Translations under genes and position numbers: made by a program
The notes under the pieces: generated by a model
Seen by the model: the letters and a program-made list of their open reading frames with translations, nothing else
What the model was told of the DNA's origin: nothing
Database searches by the model: none
Part shown: piece by piece, positions 10,071-19,950 of the stretch
Numbering within the stretch: the first letter of the stretch is position 1
How the letters are laid out: each line of letters begins with the position of its first letter
Assembly: GCA_030637655.1 (NCBI GenBank)
Contig: DAOWGI010000040.1
Coordinates: forward strand, 1-50,020
DNA length: 50,020 nucleotides
Source: a candidate division FCPU426 bacterium
Lineage (GTDB): Bacteria; Oederibacteriota; JAAXVQ01; JAUVAV01
Direction: 5' to 3'

Positions 10071-11915
10071 TTATTTGGACAAGCCCATGGCTTTAAACAA
10101 ACCGGCAATTGAGGTGTAATAATCAGCCAAGGCCTGCACATAATTCACGCGTTCTTCACCTAATTGCAATTCCGAGGTCAAGACCTGCGAGAGCGGAATT
10201 TCATCCATCATTTGCTTGGCACTATTGATTTCCAGATCTTTTTCCCGGAATTTAATTTTCGACAAGGAAGCGGTTACCATGGTCATTGCCTTCTGATAAT
10301 TAAAATAGTTCTCTTCAACCTCATTGGCCACACTCCCGCGCAATTCAATCAAATCCGCTTCAGAAGTGGCTTTGTCCACCTTGCTTTTGGCCAGGTTGGA
10401 AAAATTCTCAAATTTGTCGAATAAAGAAACAGTCAAAGACTGTTTCTTTGAATCCGTAGTATTGTCCTGTTGGCCGTATTTGGTGGGCACGCTTTTTTTG
10501 TTTTCCCAGGAGTATTCTGTAGAATTGGCGCCCAGAATCCAGGAAGCCTGTAGTTTGACGGACCATTCATCACTTAGCTCCAACCCTTTTTCTTTGTCAC
10601 TCTGTCCGTTTTTACCAACCTGACCGACAAATTCAATCTGCGGCAAATCCTCAGCCATGGACATTTTAATGCCATACAAATCAGCCAAGGTGGTAAATTC
10701 ATTCATAGCCAAATCAGGACGATTTTTGAATCCCAGACCCAGACATTCATCCAGGGAATAATTAAAATCAAAGTCAGTAAAGGTCAAAACGGCATTGATT
10801 TGTATTCCCACCGCCGCATCCACATTACAGGCTTGACGTAGTTCCAATTCCGCCAGAGCAATATCTTGCTGCGAGGAAAGTAATTGATAGTAAGTTTGAT
10901 CGGTCTGTGATTGCACATTCAAAAATTCCTGATATGAATTCAGCCCTTGACGATACGCTTCACGTGCAAACGAGAGCGCAGCTTCTGCTGCTTTCGAAAG
11001 ATCCGCTTGGATTTCAAAAGCCATTTGGGTCTTTACCAATTCATAATATGCTCTTTCCACATTGTATATGGCTTCCTGTCGCGCCTGTTCGAATTTTTTC
11101 TTGGCCACCAGTAATTTGGTTTTGGCTTGTTTTAAGTTATAAACATTCCTGCCGCTGGTAAATATCTTCTGATTGGTTTCCAAACCATATTTCAAGCTGG
11201 ACGATACACTGTCCTCATTGCTTTCCTCGTCGAATTTACCGTCATTTCTTTCCCAACTGCCTTTGAGTTGCGGTAAAAACTCTCTTTCCGCTTCCAGTAC
11301 TTTGTATCGCTCGTACTTCACTTCACGCAAAGCCACCTGAACTCTGGGATTGTTCAACAATGCCACACGTTTACAATCTTCCAAATTGGTCAAAATGGTC
11401 GGGATTTGTTTCGATTCTTCCAGCGCCTCTTCGATTTCAGCAAATTCTTCCCCTTCTTCTTCTTCCCAATACTCATCCTCGTATTCTTCGTCGTAATAAT
11501 ACTCTTCTTCTCCCTCTTCCTCCTCACCCTCAACTTCTTTCTCTACTTCCATTTCCGGTTCTTCTTCGAGTTCACCCACATCTTCTTCAGTGATCTCGAA
11601 ATCTTCCTCTTCAACAACTGCAGGCAACAAATCTTCTTTTGAAATTTCTTCATCGGTAATTTCTTTTTCTGCTGCAATCTCTTCTTTAAATTCAGGCTCT
11701 GGAAAATATTCTTTTTCAACTTCAACCTCCGCTTCATCTGCGGATGCTGAGTCACCTTCATCAAATTCTTCCCAACCTTCTTCATCCTCATAGACAACTT
11801 CGTATTCTCCCCGGTCCTCAGTTTCCTGAGCATACGTTGAGAAAGAAGCGTATATTGACAATCCGAGCATGAGTGTGAGGTTGACGAAAAACAACCAATT
11901 AAATCTCTGCCACAT
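10071..11915 (-). CDS. TolC-family outer membrane efflux protein with a long Glu-rich N-terminal extension
   Basis: Signal peptide, ~140 aa acidic tract, then OEP repeats (LEDCKRVALLNNP; LGFKNRPDL; YVQALADYYTSIAGLFKAMG). Start moved to ATG 11915 (AGGAG RBS). Confidence 0.85.
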   Translation of the reverse strand: MWQRFNWLFFVNLTLMLGLSIYASFSTYAQETEDRGEYEVVYEDEEGWEEFDEGDSASADEAEVEVEKEYFPEPEFKEEIAAEKEITDEEISKEDLLPAVVEEEDFEITEEDVGELEEEPEMEVEKEVEGEEEEGEEEYYYDEEYEDEYWEEEEGEEFAEIEEALEESKQIPTILTNLEDCKRVALLNNPRVQVALREVKYERYKVLEAEREFLPQLKGSWERNDGKFDEESNEDSVSSSLKYGLETNQKIFTSGRNVYNLKQAKTKLLVAKKKFEQARQEAIYNVERAYYELVKTQMAFEIQADLSKAAEAALSFAREAYRQGLNSYQEFLNVQSQTDQTYYQLLSSQQDIALAELELRQACNVDAAVGIQINAVLTFTDFDFNYSLDECLGLGFKNRPDLAMNEFTTLADLYGIKMSMAEDLPQIEFVGQVGKNGQSDKEKGLELSDEWSVKLQASWILGANSTEYSWENKKSVPTKYGQQDNTTDSKKQSLTVSLFDKFENFSNLAKSKVDKATSEADLIELRGSVANEVEENYFNYQKAMTMVTASLSKIKFREKDLEINSAKQMMDEIPLSQVLTSELQLGEERVNYVQALADYYTSIAGLFKAMGLSK

Positions 11916-11937
11916 ATTCCCTCTCCTATCTGGCTTT

Positions 11938-14900
11938 TTATCCCTGTGGTGCTGTAGGCACAGGGGATGTACTGCCAAATAACTTTTTCTTTATCCACCC
12001 AAATATTTTATTGGAGAAATCAATACTATCGTTAAAAATCAAATATACACACGGCAAAAATATAAGTGTCAGTACTGTACTGGTAATCAATCCACCAACC
12101 ACTGTAATGGCCAAAGGCGACCACAAATTGGATCCTTCACTCTGATCCATAGCCATAGGCAGTAAACCAAATACTGCGGTTGAGACGGTCATAAAAATAG
12201 GACGTAAACGTCTTTGGGAGGCGGCAAGAATTGCCTTATACCGTTTCACGCCTTGAGAGGTTAGTGAATTTATGGTATCCACCAATATAATTGCCGGATT
12301 GACTACCATCCCGGCCAGCATCAACATCCCGATAAAAACACCCACACTCTTGGGTTTTCCTGTAAGGTAGAGCGCACCCACCACACCAATCACAGCCATG
12401 GCCACTGAAAGCATGATAATAAAAGGCTGGTAATACGATTCAAAGAATGCCGCCAAAACCATATATACCAGAATCACGGTTAAAACCACTGCCATACTGA
12501 GTTGGCGTGAACTTTCAATCATTTTTTCATAATTTCCACCAAAGCGATAATAGTAACCTTTGGGAAAATCAATGGCTGTCAGTGCTTCACGCGTTTTTTT
12601 AACCGCAGATCCCAGATCCGTTGAGACCGTGGCCGAAGTTTGGATCATTCGGGATTTGTTTTTCCGCCAAATTTCCGAAGGACCCAAACCCGGCGAAAAA
12701 GTGCCGATCTGAGAAAGATAAATTTGATCTCCAGTGGCAGTAGATACCGTAAGCTTGTTCACATCATCCAGTGTTTTGCGAAACTTCTCTTCCAGACGGA
12801 CAATGGTTTCGATTTCATTTCCTACTTGGCGGAAGTTGGTGCCAATAACACCACGCATCTGGGTATTGACTTCTTCCGCCATGGTTTTAACATTAATATC
12901 AAATTGAGCGGCTCTGATCTTGTCCACATGGAACCGCATTTCCGGACGTCCTTCTTTCATACGAATACGCACGTCGGTCATGCCAGGCAAGGTCTCCAGG
13001 CGATTGGCAATAGAAATCGCCAATTGTTTCAGAATTACATAATCATATCCAAAGAGATCCAGAACCAGAGTTTTAGTCCCCACCTCTTGCTTTTCTTCAA
13101 AATAGACATAAGCCGGTCTAAATTGCGCCAATTGCGGACGCAGCTCATCCAGTATTTCTTTGATTGAGCGTTTCCTTTGATATGCTGGTTTGAATTCCAC
13201 ATGTATTTCCGAACGGTTTTGTTCAACCAGGGAAGAAAGATTTCTGACTTCCGGTACCTTGGCCAGGAAACGTTCCACCCGTTTTACAATATCATTGGAA
13301 ATATCCAATTTGGTGCCCGCAGGCAGGGTTAAATTGACGGTTATTTTATTTTGCTCCACACTCCCCATAAATTCCGAACCTAGTTTGGTATTTAACCAAA
13401 CAGCGAGACCTAATAACACTACTACAATCCCGAGGAAAATATAGCGGTAACGGATCGCCAGAGTCAAGAACTTGCGATATACGGTCATGAAAATCCGGCG
13501 AAATTTCACCGGCGCGCCGGCAACCCATTTTTTCTCCACCACTTTAACATCTTTAAGGATATGGCCGGCCATGACCGGCAATAAAGTCTGGGCCACAAAC
13601 AATGAAGCCATCAGGGAAAAAATAACTGTCATGGCTAAACCTTCGTACAACATACGAATTTCTTTATTCACAAATATAATCGGAACAAATACTACTACGG
13701 TGGTAATGGTGGAGGCAATAATTGCAAATCCAACCTCTTCGCTGCCCACTACAGCTGCTTCCCGAATGGGCATACCGTCCTGGTTCTTCTTAAAAATATT
13801 ATCCAAAACCACAATACTGGCATCCACCAAACTCCCACTCGCCAGAGCCAAACCGGACAGAGTCATGGTGTTCAAGGTGATTTTCATAAAAAACATAGCC
13901 ACAAAGGTTGCCATAATGGCTAGCGGAATAGAAAGAGCTATAATCACTGGACTGCGCAGATTACGTAAGGTAATGACCAGAACCAACGCTGCCAGAATTC
14001 CTCCGGTGATAAGCGCGCTTTTTACCGTCGAAATAGCAGTAATGATACTGGCGGATTGATCCAAGACCGCGACCATACGAATGCCTTTGCGAATTTTTGG
14101 TTTTAATTCCTTGATTGCTTCCTTAATTCCCCGGCACACCTCAATAGTATTGGCCTGGCGTTCTTTATGAATATAAATAGATACCGTCGGAGCAGTATCA
14201 TAGCGGGCATATCCGGCTGCTTCCAAAAAAGAGTCCCGCACCCGGGCAACATCACCAACCCGGATAATCATTCCTTCCTTGGTGGCGGCCAAACCGATCT
14301 TTTTAATTCCTGCCACGGTTTTAAACTGGCCAATCGTACGGACCAAATAGCGGTAATCACCCTTTTCAAAATTACCGGCTAATAAGTTTACATTGTTGTC
14401 ATGCAGCACTTTTACAACATGTTCAATGGAAAGGTTATACGATTGCAAACGACTCTGATCGACCTCAACTAATATTTTACGTTCGCGTCCACCTGACACT
14501 TCGACATTGGAAACACCGGAAATACGATTCAAAGGTTCTTTCAGTTCTTTGTCCGCAATCTCACGCATATATTCGGTTGAAATCGTCTCCGAAAGCATGG
14601 CCAAAATCATAATCGGCGCGTCCGCCACATCGTATTTGCCCAGAATAGGTTTCCGAATTCCCTGGGGCAGCTTATTACGTATTTTGGAAAATTTTTCCCT
14701 AACTTCCAAAGCGGCAAAATTCATATCAATGCCAGGTTCAAATTCGAGAATGGTTTCTGATTTTCCATCCTCAGATGAGGACTCGATGTTTTTTAAGTAA
14801 GATACAGTAGAAACCGATTCCTCCACTTTTATAGTCACCATACTTTCCACTTCAGTCGGAGGAACGCCGGGATAACTGATATTAATCGTAACGACCGGAT

Positions 14901-15024
14901 AGCTGGTATTTGGCATCAACTCCACCGGCAATTGTGACAGGGAAACCACGCCCATAATGATTACCCCGAGAAAAATCATCATAATGGTAACCGGACGTTT
15001 GCTAAAATACGCTGGTAGGCCCAC
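11938..15024 (-). CDS. RND efflux permease (AcrB/AcrD/AcrF family), subunit 2
   Basis: KRPVTIMM, LPVELMP, FESYYQPFIIM, RLRPIFMT; GTG start at 15024 overlaps the upstream TAG, with GAGGAGG RBS. Confidence 0.93.
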   Translation of the reverse strand: MGLPAYFSKRPVTIMMIFLGVIIMGVVSLSQLPVELMPNTSYPVVTINISYPGVPPTEVESMVTIKVEESVSTVSYLKNIESSSEDGKSETILEFEPGIDMNFAALEVREKFSKIRNKLPQGIRKPILGKYDVADAPIMILAMLSETISTEYMREIADKELKEPLNRISGVSNVEVSGGRERKILVEVDQSRLQSYNLSIEHVVKVLHDNNVNLLAGNFEKGDYRYLVRTIGQFKTVAGIKKIGLAATKEGMIIRVGDVARVRDSFLEAAGYARYDTAPTVSIYIHKERQANTIEVCRGIKEAIKELKPKIRKGIRMVAVLDQSASIITAISTVKSALITGGILAALVLVITLRNLRSPVIIALSIPLAIMATFVAMFFMKITLNTMTLSGLALASGSLVDASIVVLDNIFKKNQDGMPIREAAVVGSEEVGFAIIASTITTVVVFVPIIFVNKEIRMLYEGLAMTVIFSLMASLFVAQTLLPVMAGHILKDVKVVEKKWVAGAPVKFRRIFMTVYRKFLTLAIRYRYIFLGIVVVLLGLAVWLNTKLGSEFMGSVEQNKITVNLTLPAGTKLDISNDIVKRVERFLAKVPEVRNLSSLVEQNRSEIHVEFKPAYQRKRSIKEILDELRPQLAQFRPAYVYFEEKQEVGTKTLVLDLFGYDYVILKQLAISIANRLETLPGMTDVRIRMKEGRPEMRFHVDKIRAAQFDINVKTMAEEVNTQMRGVIGTNFRQVGNEIETIVRLEEKFRKTLDDVNKLTVSTATGDQIYLSQIGTFSPGLGPSEIWRKNKSRMIQTSATVSTDLGSAVKKTREALTAIDFPKGYYYRFGGNYEKMIESSRQLSMAVVLTVILVYMVLAAFFESYYQPFIIMLSVAMAVIGVVGALYLTGKPKSVGVFIGMLMLAGMVVNPAIILVDTINSLTSQGVKRYKAILAASQRRLRPIFMTVSTAVFGLLPMAMDQSEGSNLWSPLAITVVGGLITSTVLTLIFLPCVYLIFNDSIDFSNKIFGWIKKKLFGSTSPVPTAPQG

Positions 15025-18000
15025 TAGCAAACCTCCTCGCCCGGTCTACGGAACAATATGAGCAAACGCTGCCACGCATTTTCAACCAGCAAATAAATAA
15101 CTGGAATAACCACAATGGTCAGAAAGGTGGAAGAGGCTAAACCACCGATAACCGTCACAGCCAAGGGCGACATTAATTCCGCACCCTCACCCAAAGACAG
15201 GGCCAAAGGACCCAGGGCAATAATGGTCGAAAAAGCTGTCATCAAAATCGGACGCATACGCACGCGACTGGCTCGTACAATAGCATCTTCGGCCTGAATC
15301 CCCTGCTCTCGCAAGAGATTGGTATAATCAATAAGAATAATACCATTGGACACAACAATACCAATGAGCATAATCATTCCAATAATTACAACCACGGAAA
15401 TCGGTGTTCCTGATAAGTAAAGAATAATCATCACACCGATCAATGACAGCGGTACCGTAAACATAATAATGAACGGCTGAATTAAGGACTCAAACTGAGA
15501 AGCCATAATCATATATACCAGTATTACAGCCAATATCAGAGCAAACACCAGACTTTGGAAAGACTCGGCCATTTGCTCACTTTCACCCCCGATATAGACA
15601 TAATACTCATTCGGCACAGGATACTTATCCAATCTGGCGTCGAGCTCGGAAATCACCTCATTAAGACTGCGTTTGTATATGTTGGCAGTCACCATAATAT
15701 AGCGCTGCCGGTCTTGTCGTTTGATCTCGGACGGACCTACACCCACTCCAATGTAAGCCACCTCGTTGAGCGGCACTTGCACTTCCAAGGGTGAATGTAT
15801 AAATAAATTACGTAAATCCGTCACATTCTTCCGATCCTCATGACGCAAGCGCAGGCGAATATCCACTTCATCTTTGCCCGGCTCCTTAAACTTAGTCTCA
15901 GCCGTGCCTTTAATGGCAATTTTAGCAGTTCGGGCAATATCATCGACTGAAAGATTGTACAGCGCTGCTTTATCACGCTGGATATATATTTTGGTTTCAG
16001 GCGCTTCTTCCACAATAGTATTTTTAACACCATAGATTCCGGGTATGGTCAAAAATAATTCTTCAATATCTTTGGTAATCTTTTCCATCAAATTAAGATC
16101 ATTACCTTTTATAATAACCGCCACCGGCGCTCCACCGGTCAAAGCCGATACTTGCAAAGCGCTATCCTGCACCAAATATTCAAACCGGGCCGGGCCGGTA
16201 TCCAATTTTTCAACTTTGTCTTTCACCTCTTGCACCACATCGCTGGTCGAGCGACCACGTTTCTTTTTCAAGTTGATCATCAGGGTCGCTTGATGCGAAC
16301 CCATGGCTTCCGCTGCCTGCCCCACGTCCTCATCTCTGGAAGATCCGATATTCAGGGTTACATTATATATTTCCGGAATAGCCAACAAAATATCCTCAAC
16401 CTTTTTCGCCACCCGGTCGGTGATGGCAATCAAAGCTCCGGTCGGCAAATTAATTTTAATCACAAACTGACCCTGATCCACTTTGGGCATAAATTCTTTT
16501 TTTATGGGAATCACCAGAAACATTGAAGCGATAAACACCAACAAAACCAAACCCATGCTGAAGGCTTTGTTTTTCAAGAACCATTGCAGAGTCTTCATAA
16601 AAAATGCTTCCATGACATTTAAAAGCTTCTCAACTTTTCGCAATGCTTTAATTTCATTCAATTGTTTCTCCCCGCTCTGTGAAACCAGCATGGGAATCAA
16701 TAGCATAGCGCCAAAAGTAGAAGCAATCAGCGAAAAGGTAACAGTCAGGGCTAAATGCGAAAAGAGCTGTCCAGCCACACCCTTAACAAAAACCATGGGC
16801 AGGAATACGACAATAGTGGTCAAGGTCGAGGCAATGACTGCTGTTGATACTTCACTGGTGCCAATAACCGAAGCTTCTTTTGGTTTTAAACCCAGTTGAC
16901 AATGCCGAAAAATATTTTCAATAACCACAATCGCATCATCAACCAAGCGCCCCAGGCCAAGTGCCAACCCTCCCAAAGACATCATATTCAAGGTGATTCC
17001 GGAAAAATACATGAGTGAAAAAGTTGCTAATATGGAAATCGGAATAGAGGTGACAACAATAGTAGAACTCCTTATATTTCTCAAGAAAATGAGAATCACG
17101 ATAAATGCCAGAACACCACCAATAGCAGCATCGCGAAAGACACCATTAATGGATTGCCGGACAAAAACGGATTGATCATATACGGTAATAATCCGGATGT
17201 TTCTGCCTTTGGGCAGATCGGCTTGTAATTTTTTCAGCGCCTTTTTCACATTGGAAACAACCTCCAAAGTGTTGGCACCGGCTTGTTTTTGGATGGTAAC
17301 CGATATATTCTCCCGGCCGTTGTAACGGGAAATTGAAGTCTTTTCTTTAAACGTATCCTGAATTTTAGCGATGTCCGATACCAAGACCACCCGGTTATCA
17401 GAAAAGCGCTTCATGGGATCCGGCGGCTGCGTGAGTGGTTTTTGCACCAAATTGAGCAATTGCTCTTCTTGCGCTTCATATTCTCTGCTTTTATCCAATC
17501 CCACCGGAGAGCCGGCTATGTCTTCCAAGGTGGTAAATTCACCCATGGTACGAATCAAGTAATCGTAAAAATGCCCATGAATAGTACCGGCTGGATAATT
17601 CACATTAGAATTTTTAATTGCTTCCAACACTGACAGCGAAGATAGCTGAGCAGCATTTAAACGGCCCAAATCCAGGTCAATAAGGATTTCACGGTCCAAG
17701 CCACCGGTAATTTGAACCGCAGCCACACCGACTGCTTTTTCCACCTGATTCTTAATAATTTTTTTCGCTATTTCGCGAACTTCGTGCAGCGGCAGGTCCG
17801 CTGAAACCGAAAGAGTGAGGGCCGGAAGTTCAAAAGGATTGAACTTCATAACAATTGGATCTTCACACTCGCGCGGAAGTTTTTCTTTGACTAAATCAAT
17901 TTTCTCACGCACATTCAGTGCCGCAAAATCCATCGAGGTTCCCCAGCCGAACTCCAGCATAACCAGCGAAACACCTTCACGGGAAGTGCTGACAATATTT

Positions 18001-18239
18001 TTTACATTGTTTACGGAACTACAGGCATCTTCAATAGGTTTGGTGATTAGTATTTCGATTTCTTCCGGAGCGGCATTTTCATAATTGGTTAACACTGTGA
18101 GTTGCGGAAAGGTAATAGGCGGGAACAACTCCCGTGGCAACCGCGCGTATGAAATAACACCCAAGAGAATAACCGCCACAAAAATCATGGCCACGAATAC
18201 CGGTCTGCGAACTGCAAATTTAGGCGCGTTAGAAATCAC
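15024..18239 (-). CDS. RND efflux permease (AcrB/AcrD/AcrF family), subunit 1
   Basis: RRPVFVAM, LVDDAIVVIEN, QFESLIQPFIIM, RMRPILMT. Start moved to GTG 18239 because the ORF-track extension lies in a repeat. Confidence 0.93.
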   Translation of the reverse strand: MISNAPKFAVRRPVFVAMIFVAVILLGVISYARLPRELFPPITFPQLTVLTNYENAAPEEIEILITKPIEDACSSVNNVKNIVSTSREGVSLVMLEFGWGTSMDFAALNVREKIDLVKEKLPRECEDPIVMKFNPFELPALTLSVSADLPLHEVREIAKKIIKNQVEKAVGVAAVQITGGLDREILIDLDLGRLNAAQLSSLSVLEAIKNSNVNYPAGTIHGHFYDYLIRTMGEFTTLEDIAGSPVGLDKSREYEAQEEQLLNLVQKPLTQPPDPMKRFSDNRVVLVSDIAKIQDTFKEKTSISRYNGRENISVTIQKQAGANTLEVVSNVKKALKKLQADLPKGRNIRIITVYDQSVFVRQSINGVFRDAAIGGVLAFIVILIFLRNIRSSTIVVTSIPISILATFSLMYFSGITLNMMSLGGLALGLGRLVDDAIVVIENIFRHCQLGLKPKEASVIGTSEVSTAVIASTLTTIVVFLPMVFVKGVAGQLFSHLALTVTFSLIASTFGAMLLIPMLVSQSGEKQLNEIKALRKVEKLLNVMEAFFMKTLQWFLKNKAFSMGLVLLVFIASMFLVIPIKKEFMPKVDQGQFVIKINLPTGALIAITDRVAKKVEDILLAIPEIYNVTLNIGSSRDEDVGQAAEAMGSHQATLMINLKKKRGRSTSDVVQEVKDKVEKLDTGPARFEYLVQDSALQVSALTGGAPVAVIIKGNDLNLMEKITKDIEELFLTIPGIYGVKNTIVEEAPETKIYIQRDKAALYNLSVDDIARTAKIAIKGTAETKFKEPGKDEVDIRLRLRHEDRKNVTDLRNLFIHSPLEVQVPLNEVAYIGVGVGPSEIKRQDRQRYIMVTANIYKRSLNEVISELDARLDKYPVPNEYYVYIGGESEQMAESFQSLVFALILAVILVYMIMASQFESLIQPFIIMFTVPLSLIGVMIILYLSGTPISVVVIIGMIMLIGIVVSNGIILIDYTNLLREQGIQAEDAIVRASRVRMRPILMTAFSTIIALGPLALSLGEGAELMSPLAVTVIGGLASSTFLTIVVIPVIYLLVENAWQRLLILFRRPGEEVC

Positions 18240-18274
18240 TTTCCATCCCCCAGAGCAATTGAAAATTGAACAAT

Positions 18275-18421
18275 CGTTTTTTTGTTTGTCATTCCTGAAG
18301 GCAGCCCCCACCCTGTCATCCCCGAATGCTTGTATCGGGGATACGGTTTAAAAAACCAGATTCCCGATTAAACCCTCGGGAATGACAACCTTTGTTTAAT
18401 CGCAGTTCACTGACATGTTAC
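18275..18421 (-). mobile_element. MITE family A, copy 2 (one TIR plus REP doublet), between MFP and RND genes
   Basis: Reverse complement reads GTAACATGTCAGTGAACTGCGATTAAACAAAGGTTGTCATTCCCGAGGGTTTAATCGGGAATCTGG... Confidence 0.82.
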
Positions 18422-18422
18422 A

Positions 18423-19805
18423 TTAAAACGCGGCGCTCTGATATTCCATAATTTGGACCTTGGCACCGTCTTTCAATTCTTCCATACCGTTGACTACTAC
18501 TAATTCACCTTCATTAATACCCTCGATAATCTGCACATTATCTGTAGTGACATAACCCAATTTCACCGTTTTAAACTCGGCTTTGTTGTTCTGATTTACT
18601 GTAAACACATGATAGGCGCCTTTGACCTTTTTCAAAGCCGGACGCGGAATAATAATGGCATTTTTGGTCTCAAAAATCTTAATTCTCACCCGGACAAACA
18701 TACCTGGCAGCAATAAACGGTACGGATTCGCTATCTGAACCTTAACGTTTAGGGTTTTACTCTTACCCTTGACCATCGGCGCGACATTGGTTACTGTTCC
18801 ACCAAAATCCAGATCAGGATACGCATCCACGTTGATTTTAACCGATTGTCCCAATACCACTTTGTTGATCTCACGTTCCATAATGCCAACTTCGGCAAAA
18901 ACGTCATCAATATCCAAAAACACTCCAATTTTCATATTCGGTGTAATCGCGCTGCCCACTTCCACATCGCGACTTCCCAAAATACCGTCAGCCGGCGCGA
19001 TAATGGCTGTTTTGCCCAAATCAGTTTCCGCCAGTTCTATATTGATACGCGCTTCTTCCAATTTGGCAGGAATAATGGCACCCAGATCGTAGAGTGATTG
19101 CGCGTTATCATAATTGACTTTGGTTTTCTCATACTTCAGCAACTGTTCCTGAGGATCCAACTGGGCAATAATTTGACCGCCTTTCACTTCATCACCTTCA
19201 CGGAAATAAAAAGCTGAAACAGTTCCAGCCACTTGGAAGCCAAGGTTGACTTGAGCAAACCCTTTGATGGTTCCCATGGCGAGGATGGAATCGGAAAAAT
19301 CGGTTTTGCTGATTTTCAGAACATTTACGCGTGTTCCCACATCAACCACAGCCACACCACCGGTCTTGTCGGCTTTTTTCTTTTCCTTGAATAGTAATTG
19401 TGACAATCCCCACACCAGGAGCATACCAATTACCACAATACCAATGATTCCGGCCAGCTTGTGTTCACGAAACCAGGCAACCACCTTAGCAATGTTGCCT
19501 TCCTGTTGCTCCTTCACGGTTTCCACCGTCTGTTTCACGTCCACTTTTTTAAATTGAGTAGCCAATCGCGAAAAACGCCCCACAGATTTCTTTTTTCCAT
19601 CTGCTGCTTTGTCCTGGGCGGAAGTTTCATCTCCTGCCGGTGCTTTTTTCTTTTCTTCGCTTTCTCCCATCTCCTGCTTCTTAATTTGCTCGTAGGTTAA
19701 ATTATAGGAAGAAACCAGTTTTGATTCTTTGTGTTCTTCTTCGGAAGAGGACTTATCCGATTCTTCCTCTTCCTCATTTTTTCCTTTACCGAATATCGGG
19801 CTCAT
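18423..19805 (-). CDS. RND periplasmic adaptor (MFP) with a long charged N-terminal extension
   Basis: TM at about aa 117-137, lipoyl-like halves (VAGTVSAFYFREGDEVKGGQ; IIAPADGILG), LLPGMFVRV, GINEGELVVVNG. Confidence 0.92.
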   Translation of the reverse strand: MSPIFGKGKNEEEEESDKSSSEEEHKESKLVSSYNLTYEQIKKQEMGESEEKKKAPAGDETSAQDKAADGKKKSVGRFSRLATQFKKVDVKQTVETVKEQQEGNIAKVVAWFREHKLAGIIGIVVIGMLLVWGLSQLLFKEKKKADKTGGVAVVDVGTRVNVLKISKTDFSDSILAMGTIKGFAQVNLGFQVAGTVSAFYFREGDEVKGGQIIAQLDPQEQLLKYEKTKVNYDNAQSLYDLGAIIPAKLEEARINIELAETDLGKTAIIAPADGILGSRDVEVGSAITPNMKIGVFLDIDDVFAEVGIMEREINKVVLGQSVKINVDAYPDLDFGGTVTNVAPMVKGKSKTLNVKVQIANPYRLLLPGMFVRVRIKIFETKNAIIIPRPALKKVKGAYHVFTVNQNNKAEFKTVKLGYVTTDNVQIIEGINEGELVVVNGMEELKDGAKVQIMEYQSAAF

Positions 19806-19853
19806 TACACCCTCCTAAAATAAGTATTTTCATTGAGCATGGTTTAACATTTG

Positions 19854-19903
19854 TGATTCCGGCATTTCGTCACCCCGGTATGTAGTTAACCGGGGCGGAA
19901 TCC
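19854..19903. repeat. Nested hairpin, REP-like or possible terminator
   Basis: GATTCCG...CGGAATC outer stem enclosing a CCCCGG...CCGGGG inner stem. Confidence 0.45.
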
Positions 19904-19913
19904 AAGACTTACG

Positions 19914-19941
19914 GTAGGGGCGTTTAATTAAACGCCCCTAC
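19914..19941. repeat. GTAG-type REP, perfect 28-bp palindrome
   Basis: GTAGGGGCGTTTAATTAAACGCCCCTAC, 9 nt past the stop of the PorV-OmpA gene. Confidence 0.75.
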
Positions 19942-19950
19942 TACTGGATA

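Noticed and set aside
18240-18311. ORF-track N-terminal extensions (RND at 18311; also TolC 11978, kinase 39631, regulator 37944, PASTA 48087, cNMP 45291)
   Set aside because: They run into repeats or overlap neighbouring genes; downstream starts have better RBS or coupling.
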